This document shows, one piece after another, positions 1-11,637 of a stretch of 43,346 nucleotides of DNA (its first letter is position 1; the number at the start of each line of letters is the position of its first letter). The stretch covers positions 1 to 43,346 of the forward strand of contig MU271568.1 in the NCBI GenBank assembly GCA_021432655.1, read 5' to 3'. This DNA comes from Atractiella rhizophila (lineage: Eukaryota). Both the position numbers and the translations under genes were made by a program. The notes under the pieces are model-generated. The model was not told the origin of the DNA and searched no databases. It was given only the letters and a program-made list of their open reading frames with translations.

Positions 1-16
1 ACAAGAAGCTACTAAC

Positions 17-484
17 CAAGTGCAGCAGTCCCGAATGCCAACGGGTATGTGGACGCTTCTTCGAAGGTGCAACCAGGAGGAAGTGGAAAGAGTGTGGTCG
101 CGGGGACAAGTGTGTACTGCTGATATCCTCCATATTTACTGTGCTGAATCGTGGTTGAAAATCCAGCGACCTAACGTTCAATGCTTTAAGATTAATCTTC
201 AAACAGGTGGCCTACAGAAAGCTTACTTTATCACCTATCTTGAAATTGGTCACTCCATCTCCCACCTCTTCAACATACCCAGCCACGTCACTCCCTTCCA
301 CAGCGGACCATTCGAAGCCATTCCATTCCACGTTGTAGACAGGATACTTCCAATCTTTGGGGTTGGAAGCGACAGCTACGTTTCTCACCAGCACTTCCCC
401 TTTATCTGGCGCGTGGATGGGGACCCTCCTCAATTCTCTCTTGGTGCCGGTGCAGACAACTGCTAGTTGAGTTTTCTGAGACAT
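17..484 (-). CDS. MDR-family enoyl-reductase/quinone-oxidoreductase-like protein, 5' part (exons 484-227 and 170-17; runs off the left edge)
   Basis: Translation reads EVLVRNVAVASNPKDWK...GSDVAGYVEEVGDGVTNFKIGDK|VAGF...GGYQQY...FEEASTYPLAFGTAAL. Intron 171-226 is GTAAGC...TTAG. Paralog of 23182-24452. Confidence 0.9.
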
Positions 485-2867
485 CTTGAATCGAATATAA
501 CTTCTTCTGGTCGGCTATCGCTCCTCTATTCGAGTGAATGGTGGAAGACTACTCCCTCCATTCTTATATCGCTCGCATACTTTCTCATCACAGTATTACA
601 CATGGTACATTTGTGGCTCCACAGGCAGAGTAATCAAGGATGGCTCTCATACTCTCTCATCATGCGAGGTGGAAGGTGCCTACAGCCGTTAGACATCAAG
701 GGATTATGAATCAAAGCCGGTGGGTAGCTCACCTCACGCAGTGGAGGCAACTCGCCGCACCGTCACTGAGTGGAGGTGGAGGCCACGATGCCCATTTCAT
801 TTTTGATTGGGCAGCAAATTCGGATTTGATCGGTGCATATGTTATGCGCCATCATCATAAGAAATAACAGCCATATAGGAAATACGGCAAAACTGAGCCT
901 CATCACAAGGTCCTCTTCCAATTTTATATGAATAAAGGTTCGCATAATGACGGGCACCATCAAACCAATAAATACTGATGAATGTTCCGCAATGTTATCT
1001 AACTCTGCTGTCTGCTGAGCGAGTCGCAGCCTAAGCCGTCTTCGACAGTAAATCTAAGAACAAAGGACCATCGAATGGAGTACTGCCGGCTATTAGCAGA
1101 GCAGGAGGAGCAAGGAATCCTAATAAGGGAAACTATTTTATGAGTGAGCCCATGGCCTCATCCAGATCAATCATTCCAATAACTCAGAAGAGTTAGCGGG
1201 AAGAAGGGGTCGTAAGAATGTCTGTCCATTTCCCGAGACGCCGAAGTTTCATCGTAGAATACCTAGCTGCCAGATATAAGGTACCTGCAAGTCACATCCC
1301 GCGACACTTAATTTCGCTCTTGCCTGGCGTACAATCACCAGAATTCTAATATCTGTTTGGAGCGCTGCTGTGAGCTGTTCAAAAGTCATGTGATTCTGAA
1401 TCTAAACGCAAATATCGGATAGTGAAAATGCTGGAAGACCAAATTCCCTCTCAGTTTGCTCGTCTAAGATGTTCACGTTGGCTTTACAACAATGTCAACC
1501 GGTTAAAGAGTCAAGCAAAAGTTTGGACAGCAATTTGCACAATGCATGTAACGTACGACGTCTTGCGGTCCAGCAGGCATGTGGTGAGACATCGGCTGTT
1601 ATGTGGATCCGTGAATGTACAGGATGATGCTCGCTTGACTGTTCTCTTGCGTCTTTGAATCGACGTCCTTACTACAACCAGGTTTATCTCTGCAGCGAGT
1701 TAACCACCCGCTCAGCCTGCAATAAAATGGGTCGCCTTGTATTCTACCTAACACACAAGTCCGCCACTTGGACATTAATCTCTTCCTCGAGCTCCTACCA
1801 AGCTTAGGCAGCGAATCAGAAAACGCTAACCGTCGCTGGCCCTCAAATGGCTTCAAGAGTTGTCGAAACCGCGGCGAGAGCGTTGAGATCATTTTGAGCA
1901 AAATTTACTTACGTTACATTACGAGAAGAATAGGTAGTTTGGGATGTGGCAATGTAGATTTGGCTTTGGAGGATGAAATGGATGGGAAGTTGAACATTGA
2001 GCCCTGTGAGTCAGCCATATATTGAATCTGCTGTAGGATCTGTCGTTTCGGGTGAACGGGACGGGACGACGGGTTGATTAGCGCTACTCTTTGTTTTGAA
2101 AGCTTTCATTAGACAGAGAAGCCTGATGCAAGTGGACTTCTGACTTCTGGGTGAAGCCTCGCTGGCGCACATTGCTCACAATGTCTTGTGAAAGAACTCC
2201 ATGTCCATGACTACCACATTTACCCATCTGACATGAAGCTTGGCTCTCGTTTAGAACTGAGTTTATAACTTCCGTAGTTTTTGCGTACAATTCCGTTGTC
2301 TCTCCTCGATGAGCTCTTGGTGAATGACAAAACGGTTTCGTATACCCTAGCAGTGGTTGAAGTTGAACATTGAAGGTTGAACGAAGTATGTGAGCCTCAA
2401 AAACCCCCCTTTTTGATGAGACACGGTCTACTTGTAGTAAGTCTACACTGTGTGCGACATTCGAGATCCCCATAACCGTGTTTGTTATGAAATGGGCTAG
2501 CAAATTTGACGCTGCGTTTGCGGATGTCGTGCTTAATACTCGATGGCTAGGCAATCCTAACGAGGCGGTTTGACAGCCGACTCCGATTCCACAGCATGGT
2601 TGGAAGTTCACTCAGCCCACTCGTCAGTTCCGGTTCAGTTCAATGATATCCGACTGATAAGATCTCATATCCTAGTCTGAAGCCAATTACTCCAGACTTT
2701 TCACACAGGCATTACGTACCCCGATCCTACCCTTGCTTGCATCGCAAAGTGCCGGTGTTGCCGTTTCCTACAAAAGTGAGAAGCTGTCATCGGTGTCGTC
2801 TTTCTCGTCCTCGGTGCAGGAAGTGGTGCAAAAGTGCATACCCCCTTCAAGGTCCTTTGGAGACGAT

Positions 2868-5144
2868 ATGAGCACAACGATCAACGGCACGGTTGTAAAT
2901 GTCCAAGAACTTGTAGACCTCATCGCTGGCCCACTTTCGCTGGGGTCTTACCTTGCTACCGTGTACGGAGGCAATTATTCAAATATTCGCTTGAACTAAC
3001 AAGGAAATAGATTTTGGACATGTGCCGTTGTGCTGATATTTCACTATGTCACTCGTTTTTGGTATTCCGATCATTGGCTGTTGAGATACAGCGTCGTCTT
3101 CGTGGGATTTCTCTGGACCACTGTGGGCATGTGTTCACGGCATCAATTTAGGTCGCAGTCACTTCAACATTTCTAATGATTACGGAAATTTTGATTGTTT
3201 ACAAGTATACGATTTCGTTCTGGTTCGTTCTGTTCTGGAGGACTGCAACCGAAGCCTAACTGTAGCTGCAGGGGAAATTTCAACTATCTCACCTCGCAAG
3301 ACAAGTCTCTACCACGTTATGAGATCCTCGTTGGTATGTGTTACTTGCTCTGTCTATCGATCCAGCTCACAACCCCTGTAGGCGTTCTTGGAACGGTAGT
3401 GCAGACTTACTTGGTTTCACGTTATTACAGACTCTCCCGCAACATCTTTATCACTATTTTTCTTGGCCTATGTATCTTGCTTTCGGTTTGCTTTCCCTGC
3501 TCCTCACTCTTTTCATGACTAACCATGGAACGAAAAGTTTGCGAGCTGTGTGACGCTTACCATATTCAATTTTCGCTTCGACTTAATCCACGACCGCAAT
3601 AAGCTCACAACCATTGTCATCATCTTCCTCTCGTCATCTTCAGGAACCGATGTCCTTATAGCGGCCTTTCTAACCGCATCTCTACTGAGGTGGAGGAAAC
3701 GTACCAGCAACTTGGGGACCAAATCGTGAGTCTGCGCCTTTTGTTTGATCATCAATGACGGGATTCAGTGTTATCGCTGACCTCATCATCACGACGGTGG
3801 AGACTGGTACGTTATAATCCCCCTGCACTGTATAGAAAATACCTGAAACTGATTTAGGCACGTTCACAAGTTTATGGGCGCTGGCGGTACTTTTCGCCTT
3901 TCTCTCAAAGAAAGAAAGCAACATTGCACCTGGAATCGCTTTCCCACTTGGTAAGATCTGATATACCTTCATGAGACAACACTGACATTCACGAGGATTA
4001 GGTCATGGCTGTAAGCAAGTCTTTTCGTTGTGGCAGGAACTGGACTGATTCCTACGATTAGACGTGCTGACGATGATGTTTAATCTCCTGCTCCGGAACG
4101 GCCCCAAATCACCTACCCTTTTGACTCGCGATAACGTGGAGACCAGAAACATAACCGAGAAGAGCATCAATTCTACGACCCGCATGCGGCGCCAAGGCAC
4201 AGAAGGAAGCATGACATCCCTAATGTTGCAGGTGTGCCTTTCTTCCTCCTCACAAATTCACTTAGAAAATCCCTCTTCAGAGCCCTGTACAAGAGGGCAC
4301 GCAAGTGGAAATGAGGAACATTGCCGATCAGCCTCGCTTACCTCAATTTGTCATTGCCAGTCCACCAGTCACTGGAGCTCGTAGTGGGCATCAAAAGGCA
4401 GAATCAATGAAGGTATCGTTCACTATGCCTCAAAATGGTGATATAGAACCTCTGCGTCCATCCACCAGCTCTCCACTCGCGAAAGTCATCCGCGGTGAGG
4501 CGAAGGAATCACCAATGGTTTCGCAGAACGGACCTGATTTCGTTGAGCATTCAGCACCAGAGGCGACATGGAAACCTTGGAAACCTGTTGCTGCCACAGC
4601 ACATGCGTTCCATCCTGCTGCTGCGCCATTTCACTCGTCAATCATTATCGCGCGACCAGGAGCACCGGCACCTTCAGCTCCACAATCCAAACCAATTTTT
4701 GGCAGTTCAACCGCCTCCTCGAGGCAAGTTCCGAGTCCTCCGCTTCCACAACGCAGACCTTCGTTCGACTCTCCAGCACCTGCTTCCAGGCAGACCCCTA
4801 GTCCAGCGTTGCCGAGGATAGCTGAATTCACAAGACTTCGTTCTGGGAGTGCCAATAGTGAACGCTCCACCGCCGTTGATTCGTGGAGGGCTCGTCAGAG
4901 TCCCATCACGCAGAACGTGACTGCAATTCGAGGCACGACGAGCATGGATGGACCTCGTCCAAATGTTTATCGTCCACGCCGTCCCTCAGCCGATTCTCTT
5001 CAGAGCAGCAGTGTCATTTCTATGTCGTCCACTCCCCCTCTTCAGGTCCGCGATCGACACACTCCGACCCCTACAGATCCTCGACCTGCATTCACCCATG
5101 TGCGGTCCAACTCAACGAATTCACGCCCGTACGGATTTGTCTGA
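2868..5144 (+). CDS. Multi-exon DUF6534-like multi-pass membrane protein with a long Ser/Pro/Arg-rich C-terminal tail
   Basis: Spliced hydrophobic segments: GPLSLGSYLATV, VVQTYLVSRYYRLSRN, TDVLIAAFLTASLLRWRKR, LIITTVETG-TFTS, YVLTMMFNLLLR. These join in frame to ORF 4305-5144. Some internal exon boundaries are approximate. Confidence 0.75.
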
Positions 5145-5423
5145 GTAGTTGTACTTTTCTTTTCTTATTGCTGTGCGAGTACACCTTTCCATCAGTTGTG
5201 AAATCAAATTATGTTGTCTTGTCTTGTTGTATGCTTTCATTCAGACCTGGGTCCAACTCCCGAACGTAAGATTCACAATTTAAATAAGATATTACTGCAA
5301 GCTCTTTTGCTGAAACAGGTAGGCTAACGAAAGACATAGTAACGCTGTTGAAGGAATGAAAATAGAAGGACGAAGAATGAACGAGAGTACGGTGGCAGGC
5401 TGGGGAGCACTGCCATCTGCTAG

Positions 5424-6945
5424 TCATTTGTCTACTTTCAGTGATTTAGTCCACATAGGGACGAAAAGTTTCCCGCCTTTGACGTTTTTGATCATGAATG
5501 CCTATTCCAGCGTCATCCCCGTCTGTCCGTGTTCGGAGAAGAGAAATATCTTACACCGACGGTCATACCCATAAGTACCCCCGCTCCTCCCTTGGTACCA
5601 ATTGTAACAGCCATTTGAGGTGGTCCTGGGGTGTATTCTTTCAGAGGCAACGACTTGATAGAGGCAACAATGTTAGCGGCAATGAGAGGGGCTTGTCTTT
5701 TGCCATTGATGGTAGTCTGCCCAACATCGTCAGTATGCCACTAGACTGCAGGGCACTTGCACGAACCTTTAGTTCTTTCACATCAGTCGCATCTCCAACC
5801 ACGAAAATATTGTTGCTGCCCTTCAGCTGAAGTGTTGGGCTGACAGCAGCCCGCCCATTCTTCGATACGGCGTCGGGTCTGTACCCTTCAAGAATTGGAA
5901 CTGATGCTTTGTTCCCTGTTGCAAGGAAGACGAAATCCGCTGTAGAGACCGTTATTAGCCCGAAGTTCCCACAAAAAGGGCGGCGGATGTACCTGTGATA
6001 GTCTGCCCATTTGTCAGCGTGAAAGTTTCGCCCTGATCCAGTAGGCCAGTTGATAGACCAGAGATGTCAAGTCTTTCGTTGAATACGAGGTCGATGTCCT
6101 GCTTCTTCAATTGATCGGCCAAATTGCTCGCCAATTTCGGTTTCTCGTCCATGCCGGAAGGAGAGAGGAGTGTCTTAGCCGCTGAGACAAGCGTGATTGG
6201 TTTCTTGGGATACTGCACGCAACAACCTGAATTGGTGGCAGCAACATTGAATGAAGAGGGCAGCGTACCCGCGACCTCACTTCTCCAGCGAACTGACGTT
6301 GTCTTTCAGTAATGAGCGGAATAGGGAAAGAAATCGGCACACCTCAATACCAACTGGTCCACCGCCAACAACAAGAATGCTCTTCGCTCGCTTGACTTCC
6401 TCTTGCAATCCTCGCAAGTACGCCTTCACATCCTCGATGGACTTCGCTTCCTTAGGGGGTCTGCAAGGAGCGTTGTACTGGGATCCCTAAACACAGAACG
6501 AGGTTAAAAATTTTGAACGGTAATACGGTGTAAAGTAAATGCCTACAGTTCCAATCACTAAATAAGCATAAGGGATGCGACCGCTCTCGAAGCCTTGGAC
6601 ACCAGCCTCGAGGATTACTTCGTCATCCGTGATAGTTTGGACTGGTGTTCCGGCCAAAAGGATATGAGGAGCTGAAATCAGCTTGGAGAGTTTCAAAGGA
6701 ACAATGATTTCGTCTTCCCAACCTGGGACCTGCCATATGCGTCCATCAGCCAAAAATTAGGCATTGTCAGATGAAGGGGGACTCACGACTGAAGCACGTA
6801 AGGAACCGAGAGGCCAGTAGGCAAAGTCGTTGGCTTCCACCAGGACGATGCGGTGGTCGGAAGGAAGTTTCTTCAGCAGAAGTCCTACCGTTTCCAAAGC
6901 GGTAGGTCCAGCTCCTACGACGACAACGTTTTTGTAGTTGGCCAT
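5424..6945 (-). CDS. AMID/AIF-like (FSP1-type) FAD/NAD(P)H pyridine nucleotide-disulfide oxidoreductase, multi-exon
   Basis: N-terminal VVVVGAG dinucleotide motif, YAYLVIGTGS, second ILVVGGGPVGIEFAGEV motif, and C-terminal VTIGTKGGAG. Ends ...LKVDK* after short GT-AG introns. Confidence 0.85.
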
Positions 6946-8638
6946 TGCAGTTCAAGATTCTGTAATCCCTCAGTTGGTAACTTGAGACGAGAGGAGATAG
7001 TGTTGAGGTCTGTGGATGAGCTCAATACACTTTATACCTTCGTCCTGAGCGGCTCTGGGCAACTGGGATTAGGTGGCCGCTCCGTAAGCTTGCTCATCAT
7101 GGTAATTCGCTTACCACGCTAAATAACTTCTCTAACGTAACGTCTGGGCTGATTCCGGTCAAACAACGGGCCCGCACCTCTTGCGTGAGGGACATAGAAA
7201 AATGATTGGATTAGAATCTTAGAAAGTGCATATCGCCCCCGAAGTCGACGCACTGATGTTCAGCGCCTTCAGCATACAAAGCAATCTAATCCTTCCACGC
7301 AAGCTCTAAGAAAATGAGGTACGGGCATAAAAACCCCGTGACGGCCTCAGTGCTGATTATCAGCTTTCAAATCTGTAGAGGCTCCAAGCATGGAACCCGG
7401 TTTTGAAAGTACGGCTGCCTGCCAAGATGCAACAAATAGATGATAAAGCGGCCGGCCCAAGAGGGGCGCTACTGAAATGCCAAAGCATGATGAGGCTCAC
7501 TCAATTCTTGATTGGGCAGAAGAGAAGAGATCAGATAACAATACAGCAAGTCGTTTGTGACTGGATGCTCAGTCAGGTGTGGAAGATAACAGTTTGAGAT
7601 TGATTATTAGTAACGGATTCCAGCCCGCCTCCATATCCGCCGGTTTGAAGGTAAGTGATGGCGTCGGGTCTGACAGCAATTCTGCGGTTGGGTATGCTGG
7701 TCCTAAGTGAGGTAGGCCACCTTTTCGCGAATCGCCATCTTGTAGCCTGGTAGGATATTCTTTTTTAAGCACTGGTCGTATTTGTTCAAGTTGCCCAGTT
7801 GTGGGGAATTGATGCATTCAAGTTACAATCATGGTGGATATTCTGGGATGTTCAAGTTGCTAGATACGGGAGCATCACTCCGCAACAGCTGCTGCCTGGA
7901 GACGGTCTGTGATCAGGCCAACCAGGTAGCTACTAGATGCTATGTTCAAATTATCATATCAATCTCGCTGCCATTGTGATAGCTCGATTTGGGGATGTTC
8001 GGTGAATTATCTTCGGCCGCAGGGAAATTGCAGGATTGTGGAAGAACTGACTCTCATGATCTCATGCTTCCCCTTGATTGATTGATCGAGTTTCGTAAGC
8101 GATTTCAAGTAATCAAAATGAACATCGTTTTTTATGCTTGTCAATCATGAGCTTGAAGCGAATGGGCCATAATTCCTCTCTTCGAGTTCAAAGTTCGCAG
8201 CTGAGCTTAGCCAAGAGGCGAAGGAGCATACCGTATCCGTGTTCAAAACTTGTATAGATATTTCAATCGGGCAGGAAAGAAAAAGAATGACAATGAGATC
8301 AGGGATTCCAGTGATTTGATCAGAGAAATGAAGAAAGGATAACAGCTATCACACAAAGTCAAATCAATTCTGAAAAACAGTCGAACGAAAGAGCGCGTTC
8401 GTAATGGTGGACGATGTTAGCGTCCAGGCGTCAGCGGTGGTGGTGGAGGAAAGGGCTATAAACACATCCAAGAATTCGAAGATTGGTTAACAGTTATTCG
8501 AGACGAGACGTGCGAAACGATCGAGTTCTCTACTTCGCCCTCCCACTCCTCTCCGTCATCCGATTTCACCTCAATCAAACAATCAATCTAGTCCCCTCAC
8601 CTCCCTCCTTCAACGAGACCAAATAAGACCCATCTTCT

Positions 8639-9754
8639 TCAAGCCACGATGACCTCCAACTCCTTCTTCCTCTTATTCTCCTTCTCGACACCATCCTCTT
8701 TCAATCCCTCCAACTCATCCTTCTTCGCCTCCCACTCATTCCATTTCGCGTCCGCAAACCTATCTTCAGCCTTTTGATAAAGTCCATCAAATTCAACCTT
8801 CATCCCAGGGGTGGAGGCGTTAATCCAAGACAAAAATTCCATCCTCTTCGTGATCCATTCCGCTTGTTTCAAAACCATCCAGTTGGGGGGCATGGTGAGC
8901 AGAGATTGCATCTGCATCCTGAGCTGGACGCATTCCGTGTTAATGCTTTCTTGTCTCCTGTCAAGGTATCCACCGAAAGAGTTCATGATTGCCAATCGGT
9001 TCAAGGGCAAGTGCGTAGAAGGAGATGCAGTCTTCATGCGCAGGAGCCTTCTTTCGACGTCGGTACCATGAGAAAGACCATTGACAGTGGAATGAACCGG
9101 GAAACGAGCGATGTCCTGAGTAGTAGCGGGGTTGAACGTAGGAGGAGTAGGGACGGGATCATAGGGAAGATCCTTGAGCGAATAATGGGTTGACGTGGGC
9201 TTGATGACCTTTGGGATGGGGCGACGAAGGTTAGGGAGAGGCTGATGAGGAGAGGGAGGGAGGGGAGAGTGGCTTTCAAAAGAATGTTGGATGGGTTTGG
9301 AGTCGAGAAAGTCTTCATTTTCGCCGATTTCTGTCGCTTCAGTCTCGGCTCCAGATGCGTCTGAAGCCGTCTCGTCATCGTCCATTGATCCAATGGACGA
9401 GTCCGAGGACGTCGAAGGTGTCTTGCAGTGGTGAAACCTCGGACCCTGTCCCAGCCCAACATCCCAACATGTCGCGTGAGCGTGTGTCCGAATTCCGCTC
9501 GGCGATGGAGACGCGATAACATTTGGGATGGGGACAAAGGAGAAGGAGAAGCAGACTGACCATCTTTCTGGCAGCATCCGGAGACGTGGCATAGAGCCCT
9601 TGCCTCAAGCAAGAATCCCCCATGCTAATCGCCTGTTCCCAATTCGAACGAACGTCAGCCCTACGTTCGGAGATTCCAAGTGAGAACCCACCTCGAGAGC
9701 TCCTACACCCGCCTTCAATCCCCTCTCCCAACCTGTGACCAATACACTAGACAT
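8639..9754 (-). CDS. Hypothetical protein (acidic and Pro-rich middle, charged helical C-terminus); 5' exons tentative
   Basis: Long ORF 8639-9592 with protein-like composition. Plausible start ATG at 9754 with GTGGGT and GTCAGT donors. No recognised domain. Confidence 0.5.
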
Positions 9755-11637
9755 CACTACACCAGTCCTCGAGTCGAAAATCTTTAATTTTGGGTCGAAA
9801 CGTAGGAAAGTGGTAACGTCACTGTGTCACGACTGAAAAGACCGAAGAAACGAAAGAATTCAGGTATTCTCAGATGTACGAAAAATCGATGATTTGGCTG
9901 GTCGTTGTGTCGTTTTGAGGTTGAAGAGAGCGAGAGCGAAGACGGGAACTCGAGCTGCTTCCCGACGACGATATATATGAGAAAGGGGTCTGCCGCTGCG
10001 AAAAAAACGCGAGACGCACCGCAGAACGGGTTCCGAAGTGGGAAAAGAGAGATTGGGTAGAGAGCGTAGTGGTGGCTGGTTTCTTGAGAGTCCTCCTGTG
10101 GTGATAGGCAGCCCAGTGGTAAAGCTGTTGCCAATGATCCTGGATATCCTCGAAGACGCTGGCGAAGGATGGAAAGAGAAGCCTGCTCTTATCTAACCTT
10201 GTTCCAAACTCTATTTCACTTCACGGAAACTGGCGCAGCTTAACCTTAAACCAATCCAATGGAGTCAGGTCATGTGACTTCAAGTTCTCTTTTGGGGAAA
10301 ACATCCATGATTTGCTCAAGTCTACTTCCTTCGCCATGGAATCTCATTCCATCGTACGGTCGATGCTTTACCACCACATCAACAGGCTGACCCCACGGAC
10401 TGGGGTCACGAAAGAATTCGTCACGGCCTTGTACCGACTGACGAACCAAAACCTGGCCCTGAACACTTTAGAGCTCATAGACCGCGAAGAAGGCGCGTCA
10501 CATCGACTCTCAATCTTTCAATCTTAAATTCGAGCACTGAACTGAAAGAAATCGCAGTGAGCTGCGCGAAGTTGCCCAACGGGAGAAAACTGTATCAAGT
10601 CCAAGGGAACATGGTGCTCTACACGGTACTCCCTCCCTTCACGTCCGAACCTCCTTCAGAACAAGGATACATGATTCAAGAAGGGAGAGTTAGTTTTTGT
10701 CCTTGTGTAGCTTTTGTTCGCGGCGTCATGGCCACTGGAGAAGCGGTCACTGTGCGTCCTGATCGCAGCTAGCCTTGAGAGAGTAATTATAACGTTTTGG
10801 TGTGGTAGTGCAAGCATATGCTCGCTCTCTTGATCTCTGCTCGAACTGGAAAGCTCGTCGAGATCGACGTTGGATGGGATCGCATATCGATGGCAACCGA
10901 ACAATCCGCAACCAAGTTCGAGATGGACCATCCACCAGACAACGACAACGTCTCATGCGCTGCGGACGAAACGATGGGAACGACAGAGGAGGAACTGTGA
11001 TCAAAACTACAAGGAGAAAATCGACTTCTGTATTGCGATTGTACCGCTGGATCTGTGTATCATACTCTACAACAAGCAGTCGAACTGAGTGAGACTGGGG
11101 GAGCATTCAAGACAAGGAATCAAGCATCAAAAAATGACTGATCGAAGAATATCCCAATAAGACCACCATATGAAAACTGAAACGCTGAATGAAGGGGTTG
11201 ATGCAGTTTTCCGATGGAAAAAAATATAACGAGTAATGAGGATGATGACGTTGAAACGGAAATAAATCAGGGATATAAGAAGAGGAACAATCCAAAAACC
11301 AAAAGTACGGCGAATGTAAAACGAAAGGGCACAAATTATGACTGTATTGATGGAATGATGATTTTGAGACCTTCTACTAAGTATCAGCACGGATCGGTAA
11401 TCTGATTCGAACTTTATACTGCCTTGAAGCTGATGATGTTGGTACTGGATATTGGGTGTTCGGTACAATTTCCAAAGGAGGAGAGTTTCTCACCCAATAC
11501 TCTCCTCCATCCTTCGCCCTCGATCCGTCGTAGTCCCAGGAGATGGGAAGGGCGACAGGTGGTTTTGAGCAATTCCGTAAAATGCGAATCCGAAACGTGC
11601 AAATGGTCCTACACAATCCACGACGGATGGTCGATAA

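Noticed and set aside
1400..2611. ORFs of 78-175 aa in the intergenic region
   Set aside because: Non-ATG or weak starts, no recognisable motifs and no coherent exon chain.
7785..7860. TTCAAGTT recurring at about 33-nt spacing (CRISPR-like appearance)
   Set aside because: Only three 8-mers, in a eukaryotic context; consistent with chance or a decayed repeat.
10300..11600. Short ORFs and an A-rich stretch, possibly a gene relic
   Set aside because: I could not build a spliced model or recognise any homology.
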